64,000 nt of DNA from Bryobacteraceae bacterium (GTDB lineage: Bacteria > Acidobacteriota > Terriglobia > Bryobacterales > Bryobacteraceae), in assembly GCA_035561075.1 (NCBI GenBank), contig DATMYF010000109.1, positions 17,409 through 81,408 on the forward strand, written 5' to 3'. A program made the position numbers and the translations under genes. Shown here one piece after another: positions 40,691 to 49,967 of the stretch; positions within the stretch are counted from its first letter, which is position 1, and each line of letters begins with the position of its first letter. The notes under the pieces are model-generated. The model saw only the letters and a program-made list of their open reading frames with translations, was not told the origin of the DNA and did no database searches.

Positions 40691-40975
40691 TCACTTCGCT
40701 GATAAATGATTGCTCCAAATGATAGCAGCAAAGGCGAACACTATCCCCAGTGGTACACATATGATGGTACTAACCAATGGCCAACCAGGTGCACCCTGCT
40801 CCTTAATTAGTCTCTTATATCTGACTTCGGTGGATCGCGTGCGTATGTTGTTCAGCTGCGACCTACCGATGATAATGTTCATGTACGTTCTTGTTAGTGC
40901 GCCGATGCAAAACAGACACAGACCGACAATCAGCATCACAACGCAGCGATATGGCATAACTATGGTTTCCCGCAA
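40691..40975 (-). CDS. small 2-TM membrane protein, candidate immunity protein for orphan cassette 2
   Basis: 94 aa; two hydrophobic helices; locally AT-rich DNA. Confidence 0.5.
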   Translation of the reverse strand: MRETIVMPYRCVVMLIVGLCLFCIGALTRTYMNIIIGRSQLNNIRTRSTEVRYKRLIKEQGAPGWPLVSTIICVPLGIVFAFAAIIWSNHLSAK

Positions 40976-42040
40976 TAGGTGCTAAGTGCCTTCGGCACAA
41001 AAGTATAGCCGACCGAACCGACAGCCGCCCTCGTGCCGGCTCCTCGGCCGACGGTAGTTGTCAGTGTCGTCGGCCCCCACTGTGCAGGCCCTGTCCACGA
41101 AGCGAACGACCTGGAAATGCCAACGTCAATGGCTGGACCAGCGCCCACGCTCACATCCCCCGCTAAGGACCAGCCCTTTAGCCCGAAAATGCTCTTGCTG
41201 GTCGATACTGAGGCCTGTCCACCACCCATTGCACTGGCGCCAAATCCAACGAATCCGGGATTGAGCGTTATTGCGATTCCCAACCCTCCCTTTGGATCCG
41301 CGACGGCCTGGACGCCGATGGCCACCGAACCCCCTAATCCGGCGAGGACCCCGGCGCTTCCACCTAGGCCGACGCCGACGGTCCCGTTCGCGCCGTAGGC
41401 TCCTCCGAGCAAGGGTGCAGCAATAGCGAAGACAGCTGCGTGCCAGAGGCCTTGGTTGGTTGGAAGTGTAGGGTTCTGTGATGGCGGCGGGAGCGGCGGA
41501 GGTGGTGCTTCCGCCTGCTCACCCCGTCCCGGAGCCCAGCACAGGCTCGGGAACAGCCAACACGGGTCGATAGACGGCGGAGGAGGCGTCGGAGGAGGCG
41601 TAGGCGCCACGCACCCACCGGCCGGGCGGAACAAGCCGAAAGGATCTGTGTTTACCAGGGGATTGTTTGCGACGTAGTTGTACGCATGCCACGTCTGCGG
41701 GTACGCCCCAACGGCTCCGATGTTCAGCGGGTCCGGCTGCATGAAGCGGCCCAGCGCGGGCGCGTGGTGACGAGCACGAAAGTAATCGAGGCCGCTGGCC
41801 ATACCCGAACTCGCCAACTCCCAATCCCGATACTGGCCCGTGAACAGCACGTTGACCCCTGGTTGGGTATCCGGATTCAGGTAGCCCTGCGCCGTCGTTC
41901 GGCCGCCTACCCCGGCCAGCAACTCGTCCCCGAACGGCGCATAATCATGCCGCTCCTTGACGTTTCCTTGCGCGTCCGTCAGCACTCGCGTGCTCCCCAA
42001 CTGGTCCACCGAAACATAGCACGTCGTGCAGGGAGTCAAG
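40960..42040 (-). CDS. orphan Rhs C-terminal cassette 2 (5'-truncated) with Gly-rich CT domain
   Basis: Near-identical to the main Rhs from …PCTTCYVSVDQLGSTRVLTDAQGNVKERHDYAP… through DPFGLF and the Pro-rich linker, then a unique ~190-aa Gly/Ala/Val-rich tail. Confidence 0.7.
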
Positions 42041-42043
42041 GAC

Positions 42044-42430
42044 CTAGTTATCCCTGCGGGAGCCCGTTGCGCCACGCACCAACACGAGAAGGGCGACGGC
42101 TGCTGATACCGTCCACATCAAGGACTTAGCGCCCTCAATAACTAGCGCTGCATTCGGTCCTAGAGGTGCCGTTCCCGCTATGGTACTGAGCAGAAAAGCG
42201 GCGGTAGCGGCGCCAAAAGCGACTCGGTCCACTGAGAGCGGGGATCTATATGCAACGGAGCCCATGATAAACGTCGCAAACAAGAGTCCTCCAAGATAGA
42301 TGGGATCACGTCGCAGATAATGCGCGGTGCTGATCGAAGCCCATGACCATGCGCCAAGACACGAAGCGAGAATGAAGATAGCCAGAGCGCTTCCGCGACC
42401 CTGAAGCACGCCCGTGCGGACCCTAGTCAT
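42044..42430 (-). CDS. polytopic membrane protein, candidate immunity protein for the main Rhs CT
   Basis: Start at MTRVRTGVLQ… overlapping the Rhs stop by 8 nt; 4 predicted TM helices. Confidence 0.55.
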   Translation of the reverse strand: MTRVRTGVLQGRGSALAIFILASCLGAWSWASISTAHYLRRDPIYLGGLLFATFIMGSVAYRSPLSVDRVAFGAATAAFLLSTIAGTAPLGPNAALVIEGAKSLMWTVSAAVALLVLVRGATGSRRDN

Positions 42431-45400
42431 CTTGGCCCTCCGGATTAGCCCCACCCTCAGTTGCTCCGTTGGCACAGTAGAAGTATGTCTCTCCGACCAT
42501 GCCAATATCGTAGAGAGTCGCTGCCCCCACATAGAGCCAACCCGGCCCAGGCAACAGACTCGCAGCCGCCTTTGTCCCAATTTTCCGCAGCGCAAGACCA
42601 GCGGCGATGTTCACGGTTAGTGTCACTGCTGTCGTATCATCATCGCCAATGAAGTTGTGAATGAGTCTTGCAGAAATGCAGCCGGCCGTTGCCTTCCGAG
42701 ATTTCGTCGCTAGAGGCTTCGGCGGTGCCACCGTGATTATTCGGACATTGTTTGCGGGAACTGTTACCGGCTGTGACTTCGGCGGCAGCGGCGGGGGCGT
42801 TGCCTCCGCCTGCTCACCCCGTCCCGGAGCCCAGCACAGGCTCGGGAACAGCCAACACCGGTCGATAGACGACGGAGGAGGCGGCGGAGGGCTGGGAGGC
42901 GGCGCCACGCACCCACCGGCCGGGCAGAACAAGCCGAAGGGATCTGTGTTCATCAGGGGATTGTTTGCGACGTAGTTGTACGCATGCCAGGTCTGGGGAT
43001 ATGCTCCAACGGCTCCGATGTTTACCGGGTCCGGTTGCATGAACCGGCCGAGGGCTGGCGCGTGATGGCGGGCGCGGAAGTAATCGAGGCCGCTGGCCAT
43101 GCCCGAACTCCCCAACTCCCAGTCCCGATACTGGCCCGTGAACAGCACGTTGACCCCTGGTTGGGTATCCGGATTCAGGTAGCCCTGCGCCGTCGTTCGG
43201 CCGCCTATCCCGGCCAACAACTCGTCCCCAGACGGGGCATAGTCGTGCCGCTCCTTCACGTTGCCTTGCGCGTCCGTCAGCACTCGCGTACTCCCCAACT
43301 GGTCCACCGAAACATAGCACGTCGTGCAGGGCGCGGTGGAAGTCCCGTACTCGGCCGCCAAGTTCCCCATGGCGTCGTAGACGTACGTCGTCGTCTGCCC
43401 GCCCGAGGTCTTCGTCGCCCGCTGCCCAACTCCATCATAGCCGTAGGTGATGGTGGCTTGTCCGATCTGCACCGTCACCAGCCGGTTCTCGCCATCGTAG
43501 GTGAACCCATAACCGCCAAGGCCCGTCATGTTCCCCCGGCCGTCGCTATACTGACCCGCCGTCAGTTGGTTCAGCGCATTGTACCCGCTCGACGTGGTCG
43601 GCATGAAGGTGCTGAGCGGCAGCAGGCCGGAGTTCAGGGAGACCCAGCGGTTCGCCCAGCCGTTGCCGGGCGGATCGTATCCGTAGTTCTGCGAATTCGA
43701 ACCCTCCTGGAACGACGCGAGGCGGCTCGCGTGGTCGTAGCCGGCCACCTGGTCCACGCCGGGCGTCGCTGGAGTCACGGTCAGAAGGCTGCCATTGTTG
43801 GTCGAGCACGACGCCGCCTTGCCCGTGCAGTAATAGAGGTTCAATCCAAACGCGGAACCCACCGTGACGCCGGAGGGCTGCATGCGGGAGTTGTAGCTCC
43901 AGGTCTCCGTGAGTTGGTCGCCCCGTGCCAGCGACTTCAAGGCGCCTTGTGGCGCATACTGGATCGAACTGGCGTAAACCGTGGTGCCGCTGCCGCTGCA
44001 GGTGTACGGTGGGGCGGGCGGCGGCGATGCCGTGGTTCCACCGACGCTGCATAGCCGTCCCGCGGCGTCGTATCCGTTCATGACGGTACGGCCGGAAGGA
44101 TACGTCTCCTTTGTCAGGGCTCCCGACAGGTCATACGCGTATTGAAACGCGGGGTATTCCACCCCAAAAGTCTTTTGAATACTGGCAGTTACCCGCCCGA
44201 GTGGGTCGTAACCGGTGTAGCTGGTCGTGGAAACGGAGGTGCGTACCTGTGTCAACCGGCCCGCGGCGTTGGTCGCCGAGCCCGCAACACAATTCCCGTC
44301 CGAACTTCCGAACACCTTACCGTCGTAGCAGTAGGTCACCGCGGGTGTGCTGATTCCTGTGTAACTGATCAGGGTCACGCGGTTAAGGGCGTCATAAGTA
44401 TAAGTCGTGGTGACACCGCCCGATGTCCGCTGCGTAAGGTTTCCGTTATTGTCGTAGGAAGTGAAGTTGATGGTCCCGCCTTCAGGGGTGGTGAGGACGG
44501 TCAGCCGGCTTCGGGAGTCGTAATTGAAGGTTCGTGTTTGCCCACCTTGAGTGACCGTCTTCAGATTGTCGAGTGCATCATGCGCATATGTGGTAGAGTT
44601 GTTCAGTCCGGAAGGATCTTCCACCACTTGAGTCAGGCGGCTCAGCGCGTCAGTCATGCGGCGCCGTTTATTCCCAGCCGGGTCCGTCACCTCCGCCTGA
44701 TCTCTCATCGCGGTCTGATCGAAGGAGTAGCTGAACGTTGTCGTGGCACCATCGCTTGTCAGCACGCTTGACGGACGGCCGAGCGCGTCGTAACCGTACG
44801 TGGTGGTAAAGTTCAGCCCATCGCCGCTTCTTGAGGGATTAGTGGTGGTGTATACCCGGCCTAATGCGTCGTATGAGGTCGTGCTGGAGATGTATTGGCT
44901 GGCGCCCTCGTACTGGCGGGCCTCAACTTGTCTTCCAAGACCGTCGAACACGGTATCGAGCCGAATCGCGCCATCACTTTTCGTATTCTGATCCTGGATA
45001 ACCGAAATGCTTGTCGTGGTCGGATAGCTGAAGCGGGTCCAAGTTTCCGCCGCGCTCGATACGGCGCGCTTGATAGCGGTTAACCGATCAAGAGGATCGG
45101 TATAGCTGTAGCTCGTCGTAACGTTATTCGCATCGGTGGATTGGATGGGCTTGAGGATGCTCTGATCGTAGGTGAACTGTTGCGTCTGGCTCAAGGCGTT
45201 CGTTACCTGAGTTGGAGAGACGTGGGCGCCATCGCCGTACGTGAAGCTTGTTACATTGCTGTTGAAATCGCTATAGCCGACAACACTGCCAGTGGTGTCG
45301 TACGTATAGCTTTCACTGGGTGACGTGCCGGTCGAGCTCTGCCAAACCTGATGAGCTGTAACGTTTCCACGTACCGTGTTGCCCGTTCCATAGTTCACGT

Positions 45401-47366
45401 CATCATGGCCCGCCAGGCCCGACGCGGACTGTAGCGCAGAACCGTCATAGATCCAACTTTCCTGCGATGCCTGGCCTCCAGAATCGTTGTAAACAGTCCT
45501 CGAAATCGGCAGGCGCACGAGGTTCACGGCCAGATATCCGCTGTCGTCCTTGTAGGCAGCCACCGTGTGCCGTGCGTACCCGTTCGCTATCGGCAGAGTT
45601 GGGCAACTCGCGCCGATTGACGGTGCCGACCCATAGTCGAACTCGTACACATCAGTGGAGTTGCTGAACTGGTCGTACCCAAACACAAGGCCGGAGGCGT
45701 AAGACGCCTGGGTCGAATCGAGTTGTGTATTCGCCTGGCACACCTGCGGATCGTGTGGCCGGGAACTGTCCGCCTGCGGGTCACCGAACCAGCAATTCTC
45801 GCTCCCGCCGCACGGGCGTTGGCGCCACAGTCTCTGTTGTACTTGTAGCGTCGAACTTGCGGCACCGATCTCCGTCTTGAACTCGATCCCATCGGTCCAA
45901 TTTGGGTAACTCGTATCGGGAACCGGCAGAGAACTCGGAGAACTGGGGTCACCATAGAAGTAGTGGGTTTCGCGGCGAAGGAGATTGGTCGATAAGTCCT
46001 CGAAGTCCACCTGCACCTTGGTGCCACTACGTGTGGGGTGGTTGGGGTCGATAGGGCTGGGCGATGCGGGTACTGCTGTGGCGGTGAACACGGTGCGCGC
46101 CGATACCGTACTGCCATTCGCAAGTTCGTCCCGCTCCACTAAGCGCCGATAAATGCTGTATTGTGCGCCTTGATTAACGCTGATCACACCGCTGGCGCCG
46201 CTCGTGTCATTGCAACTCGCGGCCGCCGGATACTGATACGTGTATGCACCGCCCGTAGGCAGTCCTAAGCGCGCCAATTCTCCGTAACTGTTGTACTTGA
46301 ACGTATAGGAGCTCTGGTCTGCAAGAACGATTGATGAAATCACCCAAGGGTTGAATTGGGTCGTGGCCGAGCCGTCGAGTTCAGGGAACAGGCATTTGCT
46401 GGTCTTCAGGGCTTCGCCTGAGTTGAGAACATTTTGAAGCTGGTCATAGTTAACGATAATTTGACCGCCATTACCAGGGTACGTAATTATGTCTTGATGA
46501 GTATTAGCCGGATCCTCGGTAAAAGTAATGGTTTCCGTTCGGCCCGCCGAGTCGCTGATTGTATACGTCCCGCCGCTCGAAGTCAACTGGAACGCGTACG
46601 TGATGCGGTTCCCATTTCGATCTACTACGCCTGTAATGAATGCTGAGTCGATTATGTAATGAGTGCCGTCGGGAAAATACAAAGTGCCGCTTATAGCGTA
46701 GTTGCTTCCTGGCAGATAGGTGTCCAGGACGTCTTGTGACGCAACGAACATCAGATTCGAACCATCATATGCCTTAAACGTCCTCCCGCGGTTTGCAGGC
46801 TGGTAAGTGTTCAATTGTAAGCACGAGGTAATCGAGGCGCTCTGGGCCTGACCATTATAGGCGGTATCAACCAGGACGGTTTCCGATCCATCGGCACCGT
46901 GCCACACGAGCCAGGTCAAGTATGGCCCAAGTCCGGCCCAATGTTGTCCGTTTTGGTCGTCCACAATACAACTGTCCGGGTTTGCACTGGAAGCCGACCG
47001 CGTGAGATAGCCGGGAGTGTAATTGACGCCTACGTACCCGAGACCGGCGGTTGTTGGCACGTATGAAACGACTCCGTTAGTGTACACCTGTTGCACCCGC
47101 CACTGACGGTTAACCGGCACAGACATCGCCACGGTGGCGTTGCCACGGCCGCCGACGGTGGTCAGCGGAATTCGAACACTGAGGTTTCCGTTATAGTAGT
47201 TAACCCTGTCGAGGCCGCCCAGAGCATAGGTGGTATTTGCCGCAGCCAGCGCCAACGAAGGCGACAGCGGGCCGGAGGCGTTCGACTCCGTGTAGGTTTG
47301 GCCAAGCAGGGAGGGGCCATGCACGAGGAGGGTTAGAATAATGCAGAGATGTTGTGAGCGGATCAT
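42423..47366 (-). CDS. secreted Rhs/YD-repeat polymorphic toxin
   Basis: 1647 aa; Sec signal MIRSQHLCIILTLLVHGPSLLGQ; dozens of YD/RHS repeats (…YTYDALNRVT…, …YGYDALGRP…); conserved core end …NTDPFGLF… followed by a Pro-rich linker and a ~110-aa variable CT. Confidence 0.95.
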   Translation of the reverse strand: MIRSQHLCIILTLLVHGPSLLGQTYTESNASGPLSPSLALAAANTTYALGGLDRVNYYNGNLSVRIPLTTVGGRGNATVAMSVPVNRQWRVQQVYTNGVVSYVPTTAGLGYVGVNYTPGYLTRSASSANPDSCIVDDQNGQHWAGLGPYLTWLVWHGADGSETVLVDTAYNGQAQSASITSCLQLNTYQPANRGRTFKAYDGSNLMFVASQDVLDTYLPGSNYAISGTLYFPDGTHYIIDSAFITGVVDRNGNRITYAFQLTSSGGTYTISDSAGRTETITFTEDPANTHQDIITYPGNGGQIIVNYDQLQNVLNSGEALKTSKCLFPELDGSATTQFNPWVISSIVLADQSSYTFKYNSYGELARLGLPTGGAYTYQYPAAASCNDTSGASGVISVNQGAQYSIYRRLVERDELANGSTVSARTVFTATAVPASPSPIDPNHPTRSGTKVQVDFEDLSTNLLRRETHYFYGDPSSPSSLPVPDTSYPNWTDGIEFKTEIGAASSTLQVQQRLWRQRPCGGSENCWFGDPQADSSRPHDPQVCQANTQLDSTQASYASGLVFGYDQFSNSTDVYEFDYGSAPSIGASCPTLPIANGYARHTVAAYKDDSGYLAVNLVRLPISRTVYNDSGGQASQESWIYDGSALQSASGLAGHDDVNYGTGNTVRGNVTAHQVWQSSTGTSPSESYTYDTTGSVVGYSDFNSNVTSFTYGDGAHVSPTQVTNALSQTQQFTYDQSILKPIQSTDANNVTTSYSYTDPLDRLTAIKRAVSSAAETWTRFSYPTTTSISVIQDQNTKSDGAIRLDTVFDGLGRQVEARQYEGASQYISSTTSYDALGRVYTTTNPSRSGDGLNFTTTYGYDALGRPSSVLTSDGATTTFSYSFDQTAMRDQAEVTDPAGNKRRRMTDALSRLTQVVEDPSGLNNSTTYAHDALDNLKTVTQGGQTRTFNYDSRSRLTVLTTPEGGTINFTSYDNNGNLTQRTSGGVTTTYTYDALNRVTLISYTGISTPAVTYCYDGKVFGSSDGNCVAGSATNAAGRLTQVRTSVSTTSYTGYDPLGRVTASIQKTFGVEYPAFQYAYDLSGALTKETYPSGRTVMNGYDAAGRLCSVGGTTASPPPAPPYTCSGSGTTVYASSIQYAPQGALKSLARGDQLTETWSYNSRMQPSGVTVGSAFGLNLYYCTGKAASCSTNNGSLLTVTPATPGVDQVAGYDHASRLASFQEGSNSQNYGYDPPGNGWANRWVSLNSGLLPLSTFMPTTSSGYNALNQLTAGQYSDGRGNMTGLGGYGFTYDGENRLVTVQIGQATITYGYDGVGQRATKTSGGQTTTYVYDAMGNLAAEYGTSTAPCTTCYVSVDQLGSTRVLTDAQGNVKERHDYAPSGDELLAGIGGRTTAQGYLNPDTQPGVNVLFTGQYRDWELGSSGMASGLDYFRARHHAPALGRFMQPDPVNIGAVGAYPQTWHAYNYVANNPLMNTDPFGLFCPAGGCVAPPPSPPPPPPSSIDRCWLFPSLCWAPGRGEQAEATPPPLPPKSQPVTVPANNVRIITVAPPKPLATKSRKATAGCISARLIHNFIGDDDTTAVTLTVNIAAGLALRKIGTKAAASLLPGPGWLYVGAATLYDIGMVGETYFYCANGATEGGANPEGQDD

Positions 47367-47375
47367 ATCGGTCCC

Positions 47376-47816
47376 CTACTGAATCGTGATCTTCAGAAGT
47401 ACTCTGCCGGTTGCCTGGGACTTGAGGTGAAGTTCTCCTGTGGGCAAGTCAACCAGTACTGCGGCTTTCTTAAGCCGCTGCAACAAGAGCAGGTTCAGCC
47501 CTCGGCCCACGGTATTGACTTGCGCCGCCGGGATGGTCGGGGAATCGACGGCGAGCGTAGGCGGTCCAGCGACGGATGTACTGTTCAGGATCAGAAAGAA
47601 CTTGCCGGGTCTCCGCCTGATCTCACTTGGCACCGCGGCGGATCGTGATATCGTTACGACCTCGGTCTCCACGCGCGTGGCTTTGGCGATTTCCGAGCGT
47701 GTACCGCCCGGTCCAGCGCCGGACTGCGCGCTCGTCCGTGGAAGGCAAACCACCGCCAGCAGGGCAAGTGATATCCGGGCTGTGGAAAATAGGTGCCTCT
47801 GACAATACAGGTTCAT
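47376..47816 (-). CDS. small secreted protein immediately upstream of Rhs
   Basis: Start at MNLYCQRHLFSTARISLALLAVVCLPRTSAQ (signal peptide); ends 10 nt before the Rhs start. Confidence 0.45.
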   Translation of the reverse strand: MNLYCQRHLFSTARISLALLAVVCLPRTSAQSGAGPGGTRSEIAKATRVETEVVTISRSAAVPSEIRRRPGKFFLILNSTSVAGPPTLAVDSPTIPAAQVNTVGRGLNLLLLQRLKKAAVLVDLPTGELHLKSQATGRVLLKITIQ

Positions 47817-47871
47817 TTTCCTTGCTCCTTCGTCCAAGCTTGGGCGGCGCCTAGAAGTGTGCCTCGCTTCT

Positions 47872-49962
47872 TCATTGAACATTCTCGACGGCGATTACTC
47901 TGTCACCTACTCTGATGTACTCACGCCGCGTGCTGGTGGCGCCTTGGATTACATAAGCGGCTGAAGCAACACTGCTCTCGGTCATTCCCGACTTGTACCC
48001 GATCGCTTTAATCGTCGCCGTGCTCTGAACGGATACCGGGCCGGTGTAAAGGGGGCTGCTTGAGGTCGGGGTGCTACCGTCGGTCGTGTAGTGGATCTCG
48101 GCGCCGCTGGTGTTGCTGGTGATCGTCACCGTCTGCGCAGACAAATATGTGCCGGCGGCCGGGGTAAGACTCGGCGCAGCTACGACTCCCAGCGTGATCG
48201 TGTACGTGGCTGAGGTGACGGTGCTATCGGTCATCCCCGACTTGTGGCCCATTGCTTTGATTGTCGTGGTGCTAGACACAGATACCGGTCCGGAATACAG
48301 CGGGCTGGTTAGGGTCGGGTTTGTGCCGTCGGACGTGTAATGGATTTCAGCCCCAGTGGTGTTGCTTGTGATCGTCACCATCTGGGTAGACGAGTATGTG
48401 CCCGCAGCCGGGCTGAAGGTGGGCGCGGCGACCACCATCGTATACGTGGCCGTCGTGATAATACTGTCGGCCATTCCCGATTTGTACGCGATCGCTTTGA
48501 TCGTCATCGTGCTGGCCACTGCGACGGGCCCCGTGTAGGGCATGCCGGTTGTAGAGGTCGGTGTGCTGCCGTCCGTGGTGTAACGGATAGAAGCGCCGCT
48601 CGTTGTCGTCGTGATGGCTACGTTCTGCGTGTTCGAGTACGTGCCGGAGACCGGGCCGAAGGACGGTGCGGCAACTTGAGATAGCCGCGTAAAAGTCGCC
48701 GTCACGCTCTTGTAGGAGTTCATGAAGACGTACCCAGGCGAGCCGCCGGTCAAGTCGCCGCTGAACCCCGCGAACTGGTATCCAGGGCTGGCGGCTGCCG
48801 TGACCATGACCTGCGTACCGGCGTTGTAGAAACCACTCGGGGGATTGATGATACCCCATCCGCTTGGCGATACCGACGTACTCAAAAAGTACGTTTGTTG
48901 CGATTGCGCTACCGCCAGGTATAGCGTGAGCTGGTGCGATTTGCCCCCGCCCGACGCATACACCGTCGTAAAGTAGGTATTCGGCATCGGCTCGTTACAC
49001 GACATAGTGAGCGTGGTTGTCCAGGGCGGGCCGGACACCTGGGAAGGGTTGAAGACGGCGTACCAGCAGCCGTAGAAGGGTGTGGCGCTGAAGGACACCG
49101 GGCTGTTGAAACCGTTTTGCGGCGTGACCGTGACGGTATAGGTCGCCGTCGAGGGACCGAGCGGCACGCTGTAGGTATTCAGCGCGGTTGTCAGATCAAA
49201 ATCGGGCGGGGGCGGCGCCGGAACCGTCCAGGTGCCCATCTGCTGCCATTGCGAATCCAGGCCCTCAGTGTTGTAGGCGATGACATACTGGTTCTTCGCT
49301 CCCGCGAACGCGCCCTGAAATGTTACCGGCACGGTCACGGACAACTGCGTCCCCGACCCGGAGACCGAAGCTCCGCTCCCGCTGATGCTGCAGTACGAAT
49401 TGCTTGCCGACCCGGCACTCCCCGGCGCAAAGCCGCCCAGCCAGGCGGTGCCGGAGTTGTCGGCCAGATAAAGCGAAGTCCCGCTATACCGGATGTAACA
49501 TCCGTCGGCGCCGGAAACCGTCGTGTTCAAAAGAAACTGCACCTCCGTCAGATTGGCATAGCCCGACGGACTGGAAGCCGTAACCGTGAACACCGGATTC
49601 ATGCCGCTGCTGCCTGAAGGCGAAACCGAAATGATTGATGGCGCCGTTTCCACCCAGGCATGAAACGTTGTCGGCGCGGCGCCGGGATCGGCGGCCTCGG
49701 CGCGGAAACCGGGTCCGAGGTGGATAGACTGGCCGGCCACGAAGTTGACGCTGGCGCTGCCGTTGATGGTGACTCCGGTGGCCGTCAGCGTTCCGTTGTT
49801 CGAGTAGCAACTCGTGCCGGAGCTTATGGTTTGATTAGGCACCTGGGTGACGTTGGTGCACTGGGCCGCCAACGCCGCGGCCAGCAGGTTCGTAGCGCAT
49901 ACCCAGAGTGCCGGCCCCACCAGGGCCTTCGCGATCACCGCGAATCTCGGTGCCGTTTTCAT
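47872..49962 (-). CDS. secreted Ig-like repeat protein with three C-terminal CHB_HEX_C-like (chitobiase/hexosaminidase C-terminal type) repeats
   Basis: Start at MKTAPRFAVIAKALVGPALWVCA; three ~82-aa repeats of …AAP.F.P..GTY…V.IT..T.GA.I.YT.DGS.PT…Y.GPV.V…T.IKA…. Confidence 0.7.
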   Translation of the reverse strand: MKTAPRFAVIAKALVGPALWVCATNLLAAALAAQCTNVTQVPNQTISSGTSCYSNNGTLTATGVTINGSASVNFVAGQSIHLGPGFRAEAADPGAAPTTFHAWVETAPSIISVSPSGSSGMNPVFTVTASSPSGYANLTEVQFLLNTTVSGADGCYIRYSGTSLYLADNSGTAWLGGFAPGSAGSASNSYCSISGSGASVSGSGTQLSVTVPVTFQGAFAGAKNQYVIAYNTEGLDSQWQQMGTWTVPAPPPPDFDLTTALNTYSVPLGPSTATYTVTVTPQNGFNSPVSFSATPFYGCWYAVFNPSQVSGPPWTTTLTMSCNEPMPNTYFTTVYASGGGKSHQLTLYLAVAQSQQTYFLSTSVSPSGWGIINPPSGFYNAGTQVMVTAAASPGYQFAGFSGDLTGGSPGYVFMNSYKSVTATFTRLSQVAAPSFGPVSGTYSNTQNVAITTTTSGASIRYTTDGSTPTSTTGMPYTGPVAVASTMTIKAIAYKSGMADSIITTATYTMVVAAPTFSPAAGTYSSTQMVTITSNTTGAEIHYTSDGTNPTLTSPLYSGPVSVSSTTTIKAMGHKSGMTDSTVTSATYTITLGVVAAPSLTPAAGTYLSAQTVTITSNTSGAEIHYTTDGSTPTSSSPLYTGPVSVQSTATIKAIGYKSGMTESSVASAAYVIQGATSTRREYIRVGDRVIAVENVQ
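47935..48680. repeat. three tandem ~246-bp DNA repeats encoding the Ig-like modules
   Basis: Recurrent blocks beginning …gtgatcgtcacc(g/a)tctg… at ~48121 and ~48367, with a third copy upstream. Confidence 0.7.
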
Positions 49963-49967
49963 CTGGT

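Noticed and set aside
42984-44054. 356-aa + strand ORF and several others inside 42.4-47.4 kb
   Set aside because: Antisense to the Rhs gene, whose YD-repeat periodicity is unambiguous.
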